In this document: in pieces, positions 30,061-43,340 of the stretch
How the letters are laid out: each line of letters begins with the position of its first letter
Numbering within the stretch: position 1 is the stretch's first letter
Source of the DNA: Eledone cirrhosa
Taxonomy: Eukaryota
Direction of reading: 5' to 3'
Length of the DNA stretch: 64,000 nt
NCBI GenBank assembly: GCA_964016885.1
Contig: OZ024758.1
Coordinates: forward strand, 11,408,001-11,472,000
The notes under the pieces: generated by a model
The model's database searches: none
What the model was told of the DNA's origin: nothing
What the model saw: only the letters and a program-made list of their open reading frames with translations
Position numbers and translations under genes: made by a program

Positions 30061-30224
30061 CAGGGTTACCCGAACATTTTCAAACGCGGAAGCCTTTTTA
30101 ATTCAGAAACCTTTGTGGGGACCCCAAAGTCTAATACTGTTATATGGTCGTAATACAAATATCTCTACATTCTTTTCACGGAATCCCAGACACTCCTTTG
30201 AGTAACCCGCTTTGGGAACCACTG
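30061..30224. mobile_element. hAT (Charlie-like) MITE
   Basis: Imperfect TIRs CAGGGTTACCCGAAC / CTTTGGGAACCACTG. The 8-bp flanks ATTTAGAT and CTTTAGAT match at 7 of 8 positions. Confidence 0.7.
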
Positions 30225-30707
30225 CTTTAGATTAATAACACAATCCAATCCAATCCAGGACCTTCTCCCCCCCCCCCCTTGGAGGAATCCCTCCCTGGTT
30301 GACCGCTACTTCATCCTGTTTGGTTTTGGTCATGTCAGGGTTGAAGCTGTAATCACCATATTTGACCAGTTATGGGAAGGTGAGGCTATTTAAGCGCATG
30401 GTTAAAGTGGATGGTTGTTGATTCTAAGGAGTTCATCCAACCGTTTTACAGCTCTTGTCTTTTGTGCTGCTGGGGTTCCATTTATCCCCTTCACCAGACC
30501 GAGGACTGGTGGGGGAGTGTGTTTAGTTATTGACCATCTGACCATGATTAACGATACAAATAATAGTAAATGAATGGCTGACCATTCCGAAAATAATTCT
30601 CATATTTGATCTATAGACTCACTCAATCATAGTACACATGACTGAATATTCAACAGACAATTGTAGCTTTAATTCAAGCCCCAAGAGGAATCAGCGTAAC
30701 AAAGTGA

Positions 30708-30762
<55 letters not shown>

Positions 30763-30810
30763 GGAAAAATTTGAACAGGGACAAAACAGAGAGGCAGTAC
30801 AACGAATGTT

Positions 30811-30924
<114 letters not shown>

Positions 30925-31194
30925 CTATGCATTTGTATATACATTTATAATTTATACATAAGTATATGTCCATATGAATTGCAATTAAATTAGATATACA
31001 AGAAAGTGCGTTCACACGAAAGATAAATATAGCATATTGATCGATAAGGAACGGTGGAATCACCCGCAGTAACAAGCTTAGTTATCGAGCCGTAGAGGTA
31101 ATACAATTCTGTTTGCCTGTTATTTAATCGTACACGTTTGTAACAGATAACATATATTGAACTGTAAAGTGTCTTACAATATAATTTACTTATG

Positions 31195-31232
<38 letters not shown>

Positions 31233-31236
<4 letters not shown>

Positions 31237-31797
31237 AATAGAATGAAACGAAATTTCATTTCTCACTCTTAGTACGGCACTTACTCAAATGTATACATGC
31301 TACTGTACGTCTGTATACATATATGTATGTACGTATACATACATACTTCCATTTGAGTAAGTGCCGTACTAAGAGTGAGAAATGAAATTTCGTTTCATTC
31401 TATTCTATTTATCGTTTTCGGTGCGCCTGGCCGACTGAACTCACTCGATATGCAAATTAGGCTGCTCAGCCGTTAATTTTCATAAGGAAAGTATATACTT
31501 TCGAACGTTCAACCATCTGGCAGAAAGGTATACGGTGCTGACGATAGCTAACAAGCTTGAAACTAGTACATCGTTCCTGTGTCAGTGTTGAACAAAAAGG
31601 TGACGTGGTTGCCTGAACATTATACGGCGTAAATCAGGCTGTTCGTTTGTTTACAAACGAACAAAGCGAACATTATAATAAATGTTCGGTAAACTGATAC
31701 GTGCATATATATATGTGTGCCTGTATGTATATATATATATACATGCTACTGTACGTCTGTATACATATATGTATGTACGTATACATACATACTTACA
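31233..31797 (+). mobile_element. PLE-like insert with an inverted 5' segment, a direct terminal repeat and an HHR
   Basis: 31235-31291 is inverted relative to 31350-31406. 31292-31348 is repeated directly at 31738-31795. HHR at 31532. (TA)n on both sides. Confidence 0.7.
31532..31574 (+). ncRNA. Minimal type I hammerhead ribozyme
   Basis: ACGGTG-CTGACGA-t-AGCT-aaca-AGCT-t-GAAA-CTAG-TA-CATCGT. 6-bp stem I, palindromic CTAG loop III, GUA site. Confidence 0.8.
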
Positions 31798-34700
31798 TTA
31801 TATATAAATAGGCATATATATATATAAATATGCCTATATATATATATATATATTATATATATTATATATATATTATATATATATATATAAAAAGATGAAA
31901 TCGAAAATGCAACTGGAGTCTTATTTAAAAAAAATATATATATTTATTTGGTTCCAATATATATTTAAAAAAAAATAAGACTCCAGTTGCATTTTCGATT
32001 TTATCTTTTTTTCTTTATACAAATCCCGCCGAGGTTAACTTTGCCTTTCATCCTTACGGGGTCGATAAAATAAAGTACCAGTGATGCACTGGGATAATTG
32101 CTGGCCTTGTGCCAAAAGTAGAAACAATTATTACCCGCCTTTTGTTTTATTTTATTTAGTTTATGCCAGTAGGTGGAGAGATCAAATACACTTTCTTGTT
32201 TAAATGAGAAAGAGTAGAACACACGTCTTGATCTCTGCCTTACATAAAGTCTTAACACAACTTGATAATTGCCTTACATACATATAATATAAATGAAGTA
32301 TTTCCGTCGGAAAGGTACAGGAAAAAAGAGTGCTCTATGTAGGCTACAGAGCTTATTAGTTATGTAATAAACAACATAAGATAATTATTTCATTTACCAG
32401 TGGTTTCTTAAAGGCAGATGTTGTGTCTGTCTTCAGTCGTCAGAATGAATAAATAACATGGTGTTTTTATTATATATGGATTAGAAAACAAAATTTACGA
32501 AATATGAAAGTGAGGATGAAAAAAACGGGCGAAAAGGAAATAGGCGAAAAATATAAAAAATATATATATAAAAAAATAAATATCCAGAAAATAAACATAC
32601 ACACACTCAACTACGCGCATATACTTAATAGTACGTAGACTTGTTTATTACATTTAATATAATACAGTTTCCATTTAAGAAGTTAGAAGTATTTTATTTA
32701 GTTATATTGTCTCTAGTAACTTGACTGGTACTTATATTATCGATCGTAGAAGGATGAAAGCGAAAATGGATCCGGGGAATTAAATGAAATATTCCAGTGA
32801 CCTTTAATTATTCTAGTTCGTGGTATTAATGTTGCTAGAAGGAGGCGCAGGCAGACCTGCTAATAATTAAAGTAAGATCTGTTCAATTTGAACAGTGTAA
32901 CTTGACTAGTTGTAACATTTCCTTAACTAAAACACGAATACCGTTAATTGGTCCTGTATTATGTGAGGTTAATTAGAGAAGTTGAACAACCTTATGATGT
33001 CTAAGACTTCAATCTCTTTCAAGCAATATTTCCAGAATATATTTTTTGATATTCGACAAATATAAGTTCCCTGTACAGTTCTCTCCCCCTGCTTACTTCA
33101 ACATTACTTTCTCTTTCAATCTGGTTCTTTCTGCCTTCTAATCTTCCAATTTTCCCTCACCCCAGTGTTTTACCTTACTGACCCTCTCACGAATTCTTTC
33201 TGACAGTCTTGTCCCCCCCCCCTTCGATGTCACCCTCCACACCACTCCTTTGTTTTAATTCTTCCATCTTTCCTGCAACTAAAACAACACCATCTCTCTC
33301 TTGCAACACTATTTCTCTCTCTGTTTTAGTTTCTGTATTTCTGTGTCAGTCTCTCTCTCTCTCTCTCTCTCTTCTGTAAGAACCAGAAAAATTAGGTTCT
33401 TCACTTTTCACGGCACTTGAACTCACCGAACTCTTTCCCGACACTACCCCACCCCTCTCACCCGAGAGCTAAGTAAACTACTTTTCTCTGAGACAAAATC
33501 TGACATTTCCAGCAAATATGAAGTTGCTAATAACGAGAAAAATAGTGGAAAATTTCTTTAACTAACGATTTTTTTTTTCTATGTTTCCGAGGCATTTTAC
33601 AAAATTTCTCACACTGGAGAAATATCACAAATTTGTAGTGTAGAAATATATTCGATTTAATCTATTATATCTGGAATTTGTTTTATCGATCGCAGAAAAA
33701 ATTCAAATGAAACTTCGATTTGATTTAAACAGAATAAAAATACCTTAGGATAAAAGACTGGATGTATTTTCTGCCATTCCAATGCCAAACCTTTCTATAA
33801 ATAATGGCTATAAATCTTTGCTGTTTCAGGTTTTTGTGAACTAAGTCAACTCGAATTATTTTATGGATTTCGGAACGATGCAAAGAAAAGAAAAAAAAAA
33901 TCGATCCACGTAAATATCATGATTGATTTTCTCTGTAGCTCTATTTATTTTGTCATTCAACGACCTATTAAAGACTTGCAGAAATAATGCTAACTTTGAA
34001 TACACAGTATTATTTTAATCAATATGTTACTTAATGTACATTAGATTGTTCTTAAGAAAAGATACACAACATCTTTGATACAGACGAACCTTCTGTTCAT
34101 GTCCACGGTCTGGTGATGAAAGGATTGCTAGGACCGCAATGTTAACGAGGGTTAGATCCTTCCTCTAAATCGATAAAAGATAAATCGATCCCTATAATTG
34201 ATACTTTATTTGCTGACTCCAAAATTAAGAAATCTAGTGCTGGTTTCTACGAAACTTGAACCGAGAGCAGAGAGGGACGGAAGAAGTACCGCAAGGTATT
34301 ATATCCGATGTTCTAATGATTACCAATTCATCGTCTGATACAGTTAACAATAGGCGACATATCGATAGAGTCGTTAGAACGTCGGATCGACTGCTACGTA
34401 TTATTCCTCCCGGCGATTCGTCTTTTATATCTCTTTCTCATTACATCTCTCTCTCTCTCTCTCTCTCTCCCCCCCCCCCTCTCTCTCTTGAAAGAAATCG
34501 TCTGTGTTCAGACTCATCAGACTCAGAGAAAGAAGAGGTTTAAAATCTGATCTGTCAAGTTAAAAATGGTCGTGGTATTTATAAACCTGACAGAAATTCG
34601 TGAAATACGTAAGCTAATTCTAGGGAAAAAATTACATAAAGTTTATATTTAAATATTTTTGTGATTTAAATATTGTGCATATATTTCTATGTTGAATGTG

Positions 34701-35159
34701 TAACTATGAAGGTGAGCTGACAATTCATTTCTTTAATAAATAAATTATTAAGAAACAAATCTATGCAAATCTATATCTATTCTTAATACTCTTCTAGTAG
34801 CACGTATCTTATATATTCCGCCCAGTTATAATGAAAATTGAATGCTATGTAACACAGTTTTAATCGAATTTTCACCTGGACAACTAAATTCCTGAAATTT
34901 TTGACACGTATTCAAATACTTCAAATCTTCTTAACTGTTATAAGCACCTAGGAGTTAATATCTTGCAAATTTAATTACATGTAATAAATTATGGAATTTT
35001 ACATGTCTTGTAATTATCAGAATATAAGTGTTATTATAATTAAGTCAAGAGAAGGAACTAACCATGACTTTCGCAGGCGATTCTACACTGAACATCACTG
35101 AACATTGCAAGAAAACCGTTGGCACGGAAAATAAAGCACACCACGCATCTATATGGTGC

Positions 35160-35482
35160 TACTAAGCATGTTGTCCGACGCTCTACCGATACTGCTAATC
35201 TATCACCCACTCTAATATCATTTAATAATTGTTTCTATTTTAGGCACAAGGCCAGCAATTACCCAGTACATTACTGGTACTTTATTTTATCGGTGGATTG
35301 GCAGTATCGGTAGAGGGTCGGACGCCATGCTTTGACGCATAGAGTTACGGCCCTTGCCATTCTGAGGTCAAATCCCGCCGAGGTTAACTCTGCCTTTCAT
35401 CCTTACGGGGTCGATAAAATAAAGTACCAGTAATGCACTGGGATAATTGCTGGCCTTGTGCCAAAAGTAGAAACAATTATTA
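35160..35482. mobile_element. SINE cluster (minus-strand fragments plus a full + copy at 35291-35482)
   Basis: Same family motifs in both orientations. Confidence 0.8.
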
Positions 35483-36971
35483 ATAATAATAATAATTGTG
35501 CTAATTTAAAAGATGAAGAAATAGCAAATTCTTGAAAAGTCTAAAATATAGTTTACTAAGAAACATCAATCTTTAAAGTGGCGAGTGTATATAAACCAGA
35601 GAGTGTATATCAACTATAGGAGGGTGTATATCAAACTACAAAAATATGTTTCTGTCATTTATTTTTTATCGATCTGTGATCTAGATTAGAATGGAAAACT
35701 CCACAACGGTGGAATTTAAAGAAGATAAAACTAAGTTTATATAACAGCTGATGTTTTTCAAGTTAAACACTGAAACTTCAATATATTCTCCAGTTTCCAA
35801 TAATTGTTCCCACCCCCGCTTATTTTTCAGATTTTTCCAACCACACCACTATTATCCCCCCGCCGAACTTATTAACTTATTAAATTTTGCTAAGCTCTCT
35901 CCGGCGAAATTTTGTTTTAAGTGGAAGTATTCGTGCGAAAATTAATATTCTTTAGACATTAAAAAACATTGACATATATTCATCGATAGAATTTTTAATA
36001 TCTAGGCCTCAACAGAATTTCACATACTTTCATTGTATGTTTATTCTTCGGCTGGGGAAACCATTATGAAGACAAATATTTAACAAAGTAACACAAGCTA
36101 AGGTTAGAATCTCTACGTAGTCGTTCCACCTATTAGAAATAGTAGCTATATCTCACTTAAATCACAGTATTCGTTTTAAAAGAAGGTCAAGGTGACATTA
36201 CATAATGGAGTCATAGATATTTCTATAAAAAAACGCAACAAGATAATATTGGTTGGAATACCTTTAATCATATGTATACAGAATCAGCGTTTTCCTGGAA
36301 TTAAAAAGCAGCAACAACAACAGCAACAAATCAACAACAACAGCAGTATCAACAACAACAGACCGTGTTGAAAATGAAATTTAAATTGTGAATAGTGAAA
36401 AATATTTCTTATCTTTTCGTTCAACAGAATTATCGAGCTTCTGTATGTCATTCCTTTTACTAAGAGATTGCAAATCTGTCATAGCTGAATGAAACGAAGC
36501 CTTAAAAGATCTCATTCTGTCACTTCCATCGAATGGTACAGAAGTCAAGAAAGTAATATATACTAAATAGATTATATTCTGTAAAGGGGAAAACTTACAA
36601 CGGAAATTAGAATTAATGAATTAAAACATCACATATCCCCCTTTTTCGCCAGTGATAAACTGATAGAGTTTCGAAAATAAAAATAAAATAAAAAATGAAG
36701 AATGTATAATAGATATTGATAGAAACAATATATAAATGAGAAAGAGAATTAAAGAGAGGATAAATAAATGAAAAATAAATTCTGAAAGAGATATGAAAAG
36801 ATAAGATTTAATTAAACTTCTTGATAATTCTCAGAGTTCGTGATAAACTATATATATATACATATATATATATATTTATATATATAAAAATGAGGTAAAT
36901 ATCTCACTGAGATATATAGGGTGTCTATAATATAATTGTTGTTCTATGGTACTAATTCGAGATACCAGAAC

Positions 36972-37331
36972 TATAAACATTGATGAGCAGAACAAACAAA
37001 CATTAAACAATCCTTTAAATAAATTAAAAAATGATTTAAATATCTACCTGTTCATAATGCTATTACCGGCGGTTTCCATTTACAAAAGATTAGAAATTCG
37101 GAGAATTTCCAACGAGCTGGTAGTTGGCATTATATTTGCAGACCGTGGGACTTAGGTCCTATAGGAGGAAATAGCTATCTGATGAAATTTACTTTCCGTT
37201 GGAAATTCTCCGAATTTCCAATCTTTTGTAAATGGAAACTGCCGGTAATAGCATTATGAACAGGTAGATATTTAAATCATTTTTTAATTTATTTAAAGGA
37301 TTGTTTAATGTTTGTTTGTTCTGCTCATCAA

Positions 37332-37337
<6 letters not shown>
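36972..37337. repeat. Inverted duplication (~140-bp arms) containing an HHR
   Basis: 36972-37112 mirrors 37198-37337. Confidence 0.9.
37174..37252 (+). ncRNA. Type I hammerhead ribozyme
   Basis: GCTAT-CTGATGA-a-ATTTAC..TTGGAAATT..AATTTCCAA..GTAAAT-g-GAAA-CTGCCG-GTA-ATAGC. Confidence 0.8.
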
Positions 37338-37362
<25 letters not shown>

Positions 37363-37753
37363 GTTTGTTTTGGTAATATCTATCTATTTATTTACCTAGC
37401 TATATATCTACATAAAGAAAATGGTGTATTATATACAATATCGGGTTAATAATGCATATCTATATTATCTATAATATATATTTTGAAAAGGCAAAATAAC
37501 AAAATCAAACGAAAGACACAAAACTCCAAGGTCTTCAGCCGTTGAAATGGACTTAGGCAGTTTCGATCACTGCCAACGGTAGTGCTGCTAAAGTAAGGGA
37601 TGTGACATTTAATCTAATATATATTTTTATATATCTATATAACTAAATACAGAGTGATACATATCAATGATGTTAAAAAGTAACACATAGGAATCTATAT
37701 ATATACATACATGCATACATACATACATACATACATACATACATACATACATA

Positions 37754-38354
37754 CATGGTGGCTGCCAACTCGTTTTCGAGTACGGCCACTACTTTATATC
37801 CATGTAGGAGACCCCCTACCGATGCGCTGAACGAGTGTGACTTTTTAGTCCAGCCAGCGACTTGAAAACTCTGGTACAAACACTACACTTGTGACAATTA
37901 TTGACACATAGTGCTGGGTCCATGGTACCATGTGACGACAAGAGCAGAGAGATCTCCAGATATAAAGCAATGCCTGTGCCGTGAAGCTTTTATAGTGAGC
38001 AAAGGCACTGCACTAAGCCAGTCCCACTCTCTTAACCAAGATGATATTTACCAAAAAGAAGAACAAGTCAACATCATTGGATACCATCAGGGTTGCAGGT
38101 GTTATATCAGAGTTTTCCTTCTCCTAGAATTCTGCCTTGACAAAGGCTAAGGGGTCATCTCTCCCGGTGATTTTGGATGGCCATTGACTATTAAGAGCTC
38201 CTTTGCCCTTCGACAGGTTTTGTTTTTTAGTCCTGCAGGATGTCCAAAGTCACCCTCCTCATCAAGAAACCTTGGTGGGGTTGCCAGTTTAGTCGCCAAC
38301 GAGCCGACCATGAGACAGGTTGTACTGGGATACATGTGACCAGTAGCACCAACT
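37754..38354 (-). mobile_element. ~600-bp element, copy 4
   Basis: Same sequence, with (CATA)n flanks. Confidence 0.85.
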
Positions 38355-38396
38355 ATATATATATACATACATACATACATACATACATACATACAT

Positions 38397-38633
<237 letters not shown>

Positions 38634-38791
38634 ATATATATATATATATATATATGCAAAAGTTATATTTAATCTGTTGGGATTCAACAAGCTTAAAAGT
38701 TTTATAACTGATATAAACACTATCCAGAGAACCTTCAACTGTCAAGGTTGTTTTTCTACGGGTATATCAACATTTATAAAACAAATTTTGC

Positions 38792-38855
38792 ATTTTATCT
38801 GATGAAAGTGCACCAAAATTTGCCTTGGTTGCCCTTGAAATATATATAATAAAAT
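38792..38855 (+). ncRNA. Type I hammerhead ribozyme
   Basis: ATTTTAT-CTGATGA-aagt-GCA-CCAA..TTGG-t-TGC-cctt-GAAA-TATATA-TA-ATAAAAT. Confidence 0.75.
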
Positions 38856-39059
38856 AATTATGGTTTTATAAATATAGTTTCCATTTATTAATATATTGAA
38901 TTATATATAACGAATAGTTATATATATATAACGAATAGTTATATATATATAACGAATAGTTATCGAAGAGCAAGAATGAGGGGCTCATTCTACTGCCATG
39001 GCTTAAAAGAGGCTTGAATGAATCGAATATTATTATTAATATTCGAAAAACTTCAGATT

Positions 39060-39127
<68 letters not shown>

Positions 39128-39197
39128 GACGTAAAATAAGAAAATATTTTTTTATAAAAAAATTTTTAAAAAAAATTTTTTTCTTACTTAAATTTTC

Positions 39198-39279
39198 ACT
39201 CCAACTAATTAGTTTCTGCAATGGGATAAAGACAGTTATGTAATCCAACTGTCGAGAATTCATTGCGTCATCAGGAAGT
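39198..39279 (-). ncRNA. Type I hammerhead ribozyme, array copy 1
   Basis: Minus strand reads ACTTC-CTGATGA-c-GCAATG..GACAGT..ACTGTC..CATTGC-a-GAAA-CTAATTAG-TT-GGAGT. Stems I, II and III all pair, stem III is palindromic, and the site is GUU. Confidence 0.8.
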
Positions 39280-39759
39280 CTATTCTCAGTTAAGTCTCCA
39301 GGCAATGCGCGGACACTGGCGGCTCATATAAAAATAATAATAATTCGGTAGATCGAACAGCTTGCGAGGACTGGATTCTATGTACCGAAATTCTCACTGC
39401 TTCAAGTCAAATGGCCGATTCTAAAGAATCAATCACGTGACACAGAGGCTAGTTAGAAGGAATGGGATGGTAAGATGACTGACGCCTACTAACACCCCAA
39501 AAAAAATTTTTTTAGAAGTGGTTTTGACAAGTTTGCTCGACAAATCAGTGATTTGGAGATAAATATAGATAATTTAATATATCAACTAACATAAGCGCAC
39601 AGATGCACGCCCATGCCAGCAAATACACAGGTTATGTCATAGTACCTAGGTGGTTCAATGCAGGAGAATGCAGAACAATAATATAAAGGACGTAAAATAA
39701 GAAAATATTTTTTTTATAAAAAAATTTTTAAAAAAAATTTTTTTCTTACTTAAATTTTC

Positions 39760-39841
39760 ACTCCAACTAATTAGTTTCTGCAATGGGATAAAGACAGTTA
39801 TGTAATCCAACTGTCGAGAATTCATTGCGTCATCAGGAAGT
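39760..39841 (-). ncRNA. Type I hammerhead ribozyme, array copy 2
   Basis: Same sequence as copy 1, 562 bp away. Confidence 0.8.
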
Positions 39842-40320
39842 CTATTCTCAGTTAAGTCTCCAGGCAATGCGCGGACACTGGCGGCTCATATAAAAATAAT
39901 AATAATTCGGTAGATCGAACAGCTTGCGAGGACTGGATTCTATGTACCGAAATTCTCACTGCTTCAAGTCAAATGGCCGATTCTAAAGAATCAATCACGT
40001 GACACAGAGGCTAGTTAGAAGGAATGGGATGGTAAGATGACTGACGCCTACTAACACCCCAAAAAAAATTTTTTTAGAAGTGGTTTTGACAAGTTTGCTC
40101 GACAAATCAGTGATTTGGAGATAAATATAGATAATTTAATATATCAACTAACATAAGCGCACAGATGCACGCCCATGCCAGCAAATACACAGGTTATGTC
40201 ATAGTACCTAGGTGGTTCAATGCAGGAGAATGCAGAACAATAATATAAAGGACGTAAAATAAGAAAATATTTTTTTATAAAAAAATTTTTAAAAAAAATT
40301 TTTTTCTTACTTAAATTTTC

Positions 40321-40402
40321 ACTCCAACTAATTAGTTTCTGCAATGGGATAAAGACAGTTATGTAATCCAACTGTCGAGAATTCATTGCGTCATCAGGAA
40401 GT
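40321..40402 (-). ncRNA. Type I hammerhead ribozyme, array copy 3
   Basis: Same sequence as copies 1 and 2, 561 bp from copy 2. Confidence 0.8.
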
Positions 40403-40559
40403 CTATTCTCAGTTAAGTCTCCAGGCAATGCGCGGACACTGGCGGCTCATATAAAAATAATAATAATTCGGTAGATCGAACAGCTTGCGAGGACTGGATT
40501 CTATGTACCGAAAATATATATATATATAGAGAGAGAGATAGGTAGATAGATAGATAGAT

Positions 40560-40595
<36 letters not shown>

Positions 40596-40919
40596 GGGGG
40601 GAGAGAGAGAGAGATGTGGGTAAACAACATATATCATTTCTTACATTTTTACGAGACCAAAACAAATTGATAAAGAAAGAAGAGCTAATTTGTTTATGCA
40701 GGGAAATCTAATGGGAAAAATACATTAAAAATAAAACTAGGCTTGAAGGAATCTAAAAAGTGAACATGAAGCAGAAATTGTAATTGGTGATATTCTTACT
40801 GGATATATTAGCTTAAGTTTAGTAGGTTTTTTTTTATTATTATTTGAATAGCCATATTTCCAAGCGTGTTCCTTAACGAAATTATAGAAAACACCACTAC
40901 ACTGGAATGGAAGTGATAG

Positions 40920-41085
40920 ACGCTAGCATAATGGCTATGTGGTTAAAATATTTACTTCGTAACCATGGGATTTCTGGTTCAATTCTACTGGAAGCACCTC
41001 AGACAAATGTCTTCGATTATAGACTTGTGTTAACTAATGCCACGAGTTAAATATTTCCTAAATGGAAACTCTACGGAGACTATCC
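40920..41085 (+). mobile_element. Degraded tRNA-derived SINE
   Basis: TGGCTATGTGGTTA and GGTTCAATTC boxes. Confidence 0.45.
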
Positions 41086-41795
41086 TATATATATATATAT
41101 AGTGTGGCAGAAACTCGAGTCCGGGAACCTTATAGGCACCCGTTTTACGTGTGTTGTGTTGAGGCAAATAACTATGTGTATACTCTGGTAATGTATCTTA
41201 CATTGCCCATTGAGTGCGCTGAGATACAACCGGTACTGGCATTGATAAATATGGTGGGTCCGTCAACCCTTATTATATATATATATATATATATATACAT
41301 ATATATATAAATGAAAAGTATAGAAATGATTGTAGCAAGAAGCCAACAGTATTCCATAGTATATAAGTGATTATAGCGTCAAAATGGAAAACTAGTTAAC
41401 GTAAGATGTGGGAAAATAATTCAAACTCAATTCCACCACCTCCACTCCACTCTCCACCACCTCCACTCAGCTCTACACCACCTCCACTCCTACTCTACAC
41501 CACCTCCACCACCATACTCCACTCTACACCACCCCCACTCCGCCTTACATCACCACCTCCACTCCTACTCTATACCACCTCCACCACCTCCACTCCACTC
41601 TACACCACCTCCACTCCACTCTACACCCCCCACAATCCACCTTACACCACCACCACCACTCCGCCATCTTCCACCGTTTATAGCTAAGTCGTTATTAAAT
41701 TATATTCCTTATATTAAATTAATTTCCAGAAATAAACCAAGTTTTCTTTTTAAATGTTTTCTGCGCGTATCTGAAATCAACTTTAGTGTCATATA

Positions 41796-41893
41796 CAGTG
41801 TCCCCCCAAAATGTATATACACTTTAATTACCTGTACAGGCAACATTTATTAGAATGCTATTGAAGTATGTATACATTTTGTGGGACACCCTG
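41796..41893. mobile_element. Tc1/mariner-type MITE
   Basis: TA-CAGTGTCCCCCCAAAATGTATA ... TATACATTTTGTGGGACACCCTG-TA. Confidence 0.7.
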
Positions 41894-41991
41894 TATATAT
41901 AAGAGATAGAGAGTGAGGCGGAGAATGAGAGAGAGAATGTATACAGAAGAAAACGAGAGAGTGAAGAAATGTATTAAGAAAGATAGTGATG

Positions 41992-42502
41992 GTGAAGTAT
42001 GTATACATTTTTGGGGGACACTATATTTCACACATTTCCACCACATCGCCGGACAACTGTTGAAGTATCTATACATTTTTGTGGGACACTATATTTCACA
42101 CATTTCCACCACATCACCGGACAACTGTTGAAGTATGTATACATTTTTGTGGGACACTATATTTCACATATTTCCACCACATCACCGGACAACTGTTGAC
42201 GTATGTATACATTTTTGTGGGACACTATATTTCACACATTTCCACCACATCACCGGACAACTGTTGAAGTATGTATACATTTTTGTGGGACACTATATTT
42301 CACATATTTCCACCACATCACCGGACAACTGTTGACGTATGTATACATTTTTGTGGGACACTATATTTCACACATTTCCACCACATCACCGGACAACTGT
42401 TGAAGTATGTATACATTTTTGTGGGACACTATATTTCACACATTTCCACCACATCGCCGGACAACTGTTGAAGTATGTATACATTTTTTGGGGACACTAT
42501 AT
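41992..42502. repeat. 68-bp tandem repeat (~7.5 units)
   Basis: Unit is TGAAGTATGTATACATTTTTGTGGGACACTATATTTCACACATTTCCACCACATCACCGGACAACTGT. Confidence 0.95.
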
Positions 42503-42639
42503 TCGCCCGATGTTGAACAGCCACATATTAAAGATTAACTGATATTTTTGCCTGGAAGCAGTTTTATCAATTAATTTGAACTAGCAAGAAAATATTTATT
42601 TAAATTACAATAACGAAGTAAAACAATAAACATGATAAT

Positions 42640-43340
42640 AATAATTGTTTCTTATATAAGCACACGGCCAGTAATTTTGGGGGAGGGGAAAGTCGATTAA
42701 ATCGACCCCAGTGCGTGACTGGTACTTTATTTATCGACCCCCGTAAGGATGAAAGGCAAAGTTAACCTCGGCGGGATTTGAACTCAGACTGTAAAGGCCA
42801 ATAAATGAAATCATTATTGTTATCATTCAACGTTGACTTTGCCTTTCATCCTTACGGGGTCGATAAAATAAAGTACCAGTAATGCACGCGGTAATTGCTG
42901 GCCTTGTGCCAAAAGTAGGAACAATTATAATTATATATATATATATATATATATATCTTCACTTGAAGTTTCTTGAGTGGGGCAGGCAATTGGATATTGA
43001 TCTTGGAGACATCATTAAATAGCAGTTCAATATCATATAATGATATATAACATAATTATATATCAATTATGTTATATATCCTAACTGTTTTTAATGAATT
43101 ATTGTTTTGCTATTATTAAATAATAACTATGGTGTTGTATCGACAGTAATCGGTAGAGCGTCGGGTAATATGCTTTGCAGTATAGAGTTACGGATCTTTA
43201 CGTTCTGAGTTCAAATCCTACCGAGGTTAGCTTTACTTTTCATATTTCCGGGGTCGATAAATAAAGTACCAATCATATATTGAGGTCGATTTAATCAACT
43301 TTTCCCTCCTCCTACAAATTGTTGGCCTTGTGCCCAAATC
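42640..43340. mobile_element. SINE cluster (- 42640-42800; + 42830-42928; + 43140-43340)
   Basis: Family motifs. Confidence 0.75.

Larger units (their letters stand above)
39121..40513 (-). mobile_element. Tandem array (~2.5 x 561 bp) of an HHR-bearing retrozyme-like or Penelope pLTR-like unit
   Basis: Near-identical head-to-tail units, one HHR per unit, (TA)n on both flanks, no recognisable coding capacity. Confidence 0.8.

Noticed and set aside
39036-40428. Repeated MPGDLTENRLPDDAMN ORFs
   Set aside because: The frame changes with homopolymer length between units and the ORFs overlap the ribozyme, so they are treated as non-coding.
41992-42502. CRISPR-like regular repeats
   Set aside because: The units are wholly repeated with no unique spacers, there are no cas genes, and the context is eukaryotic.
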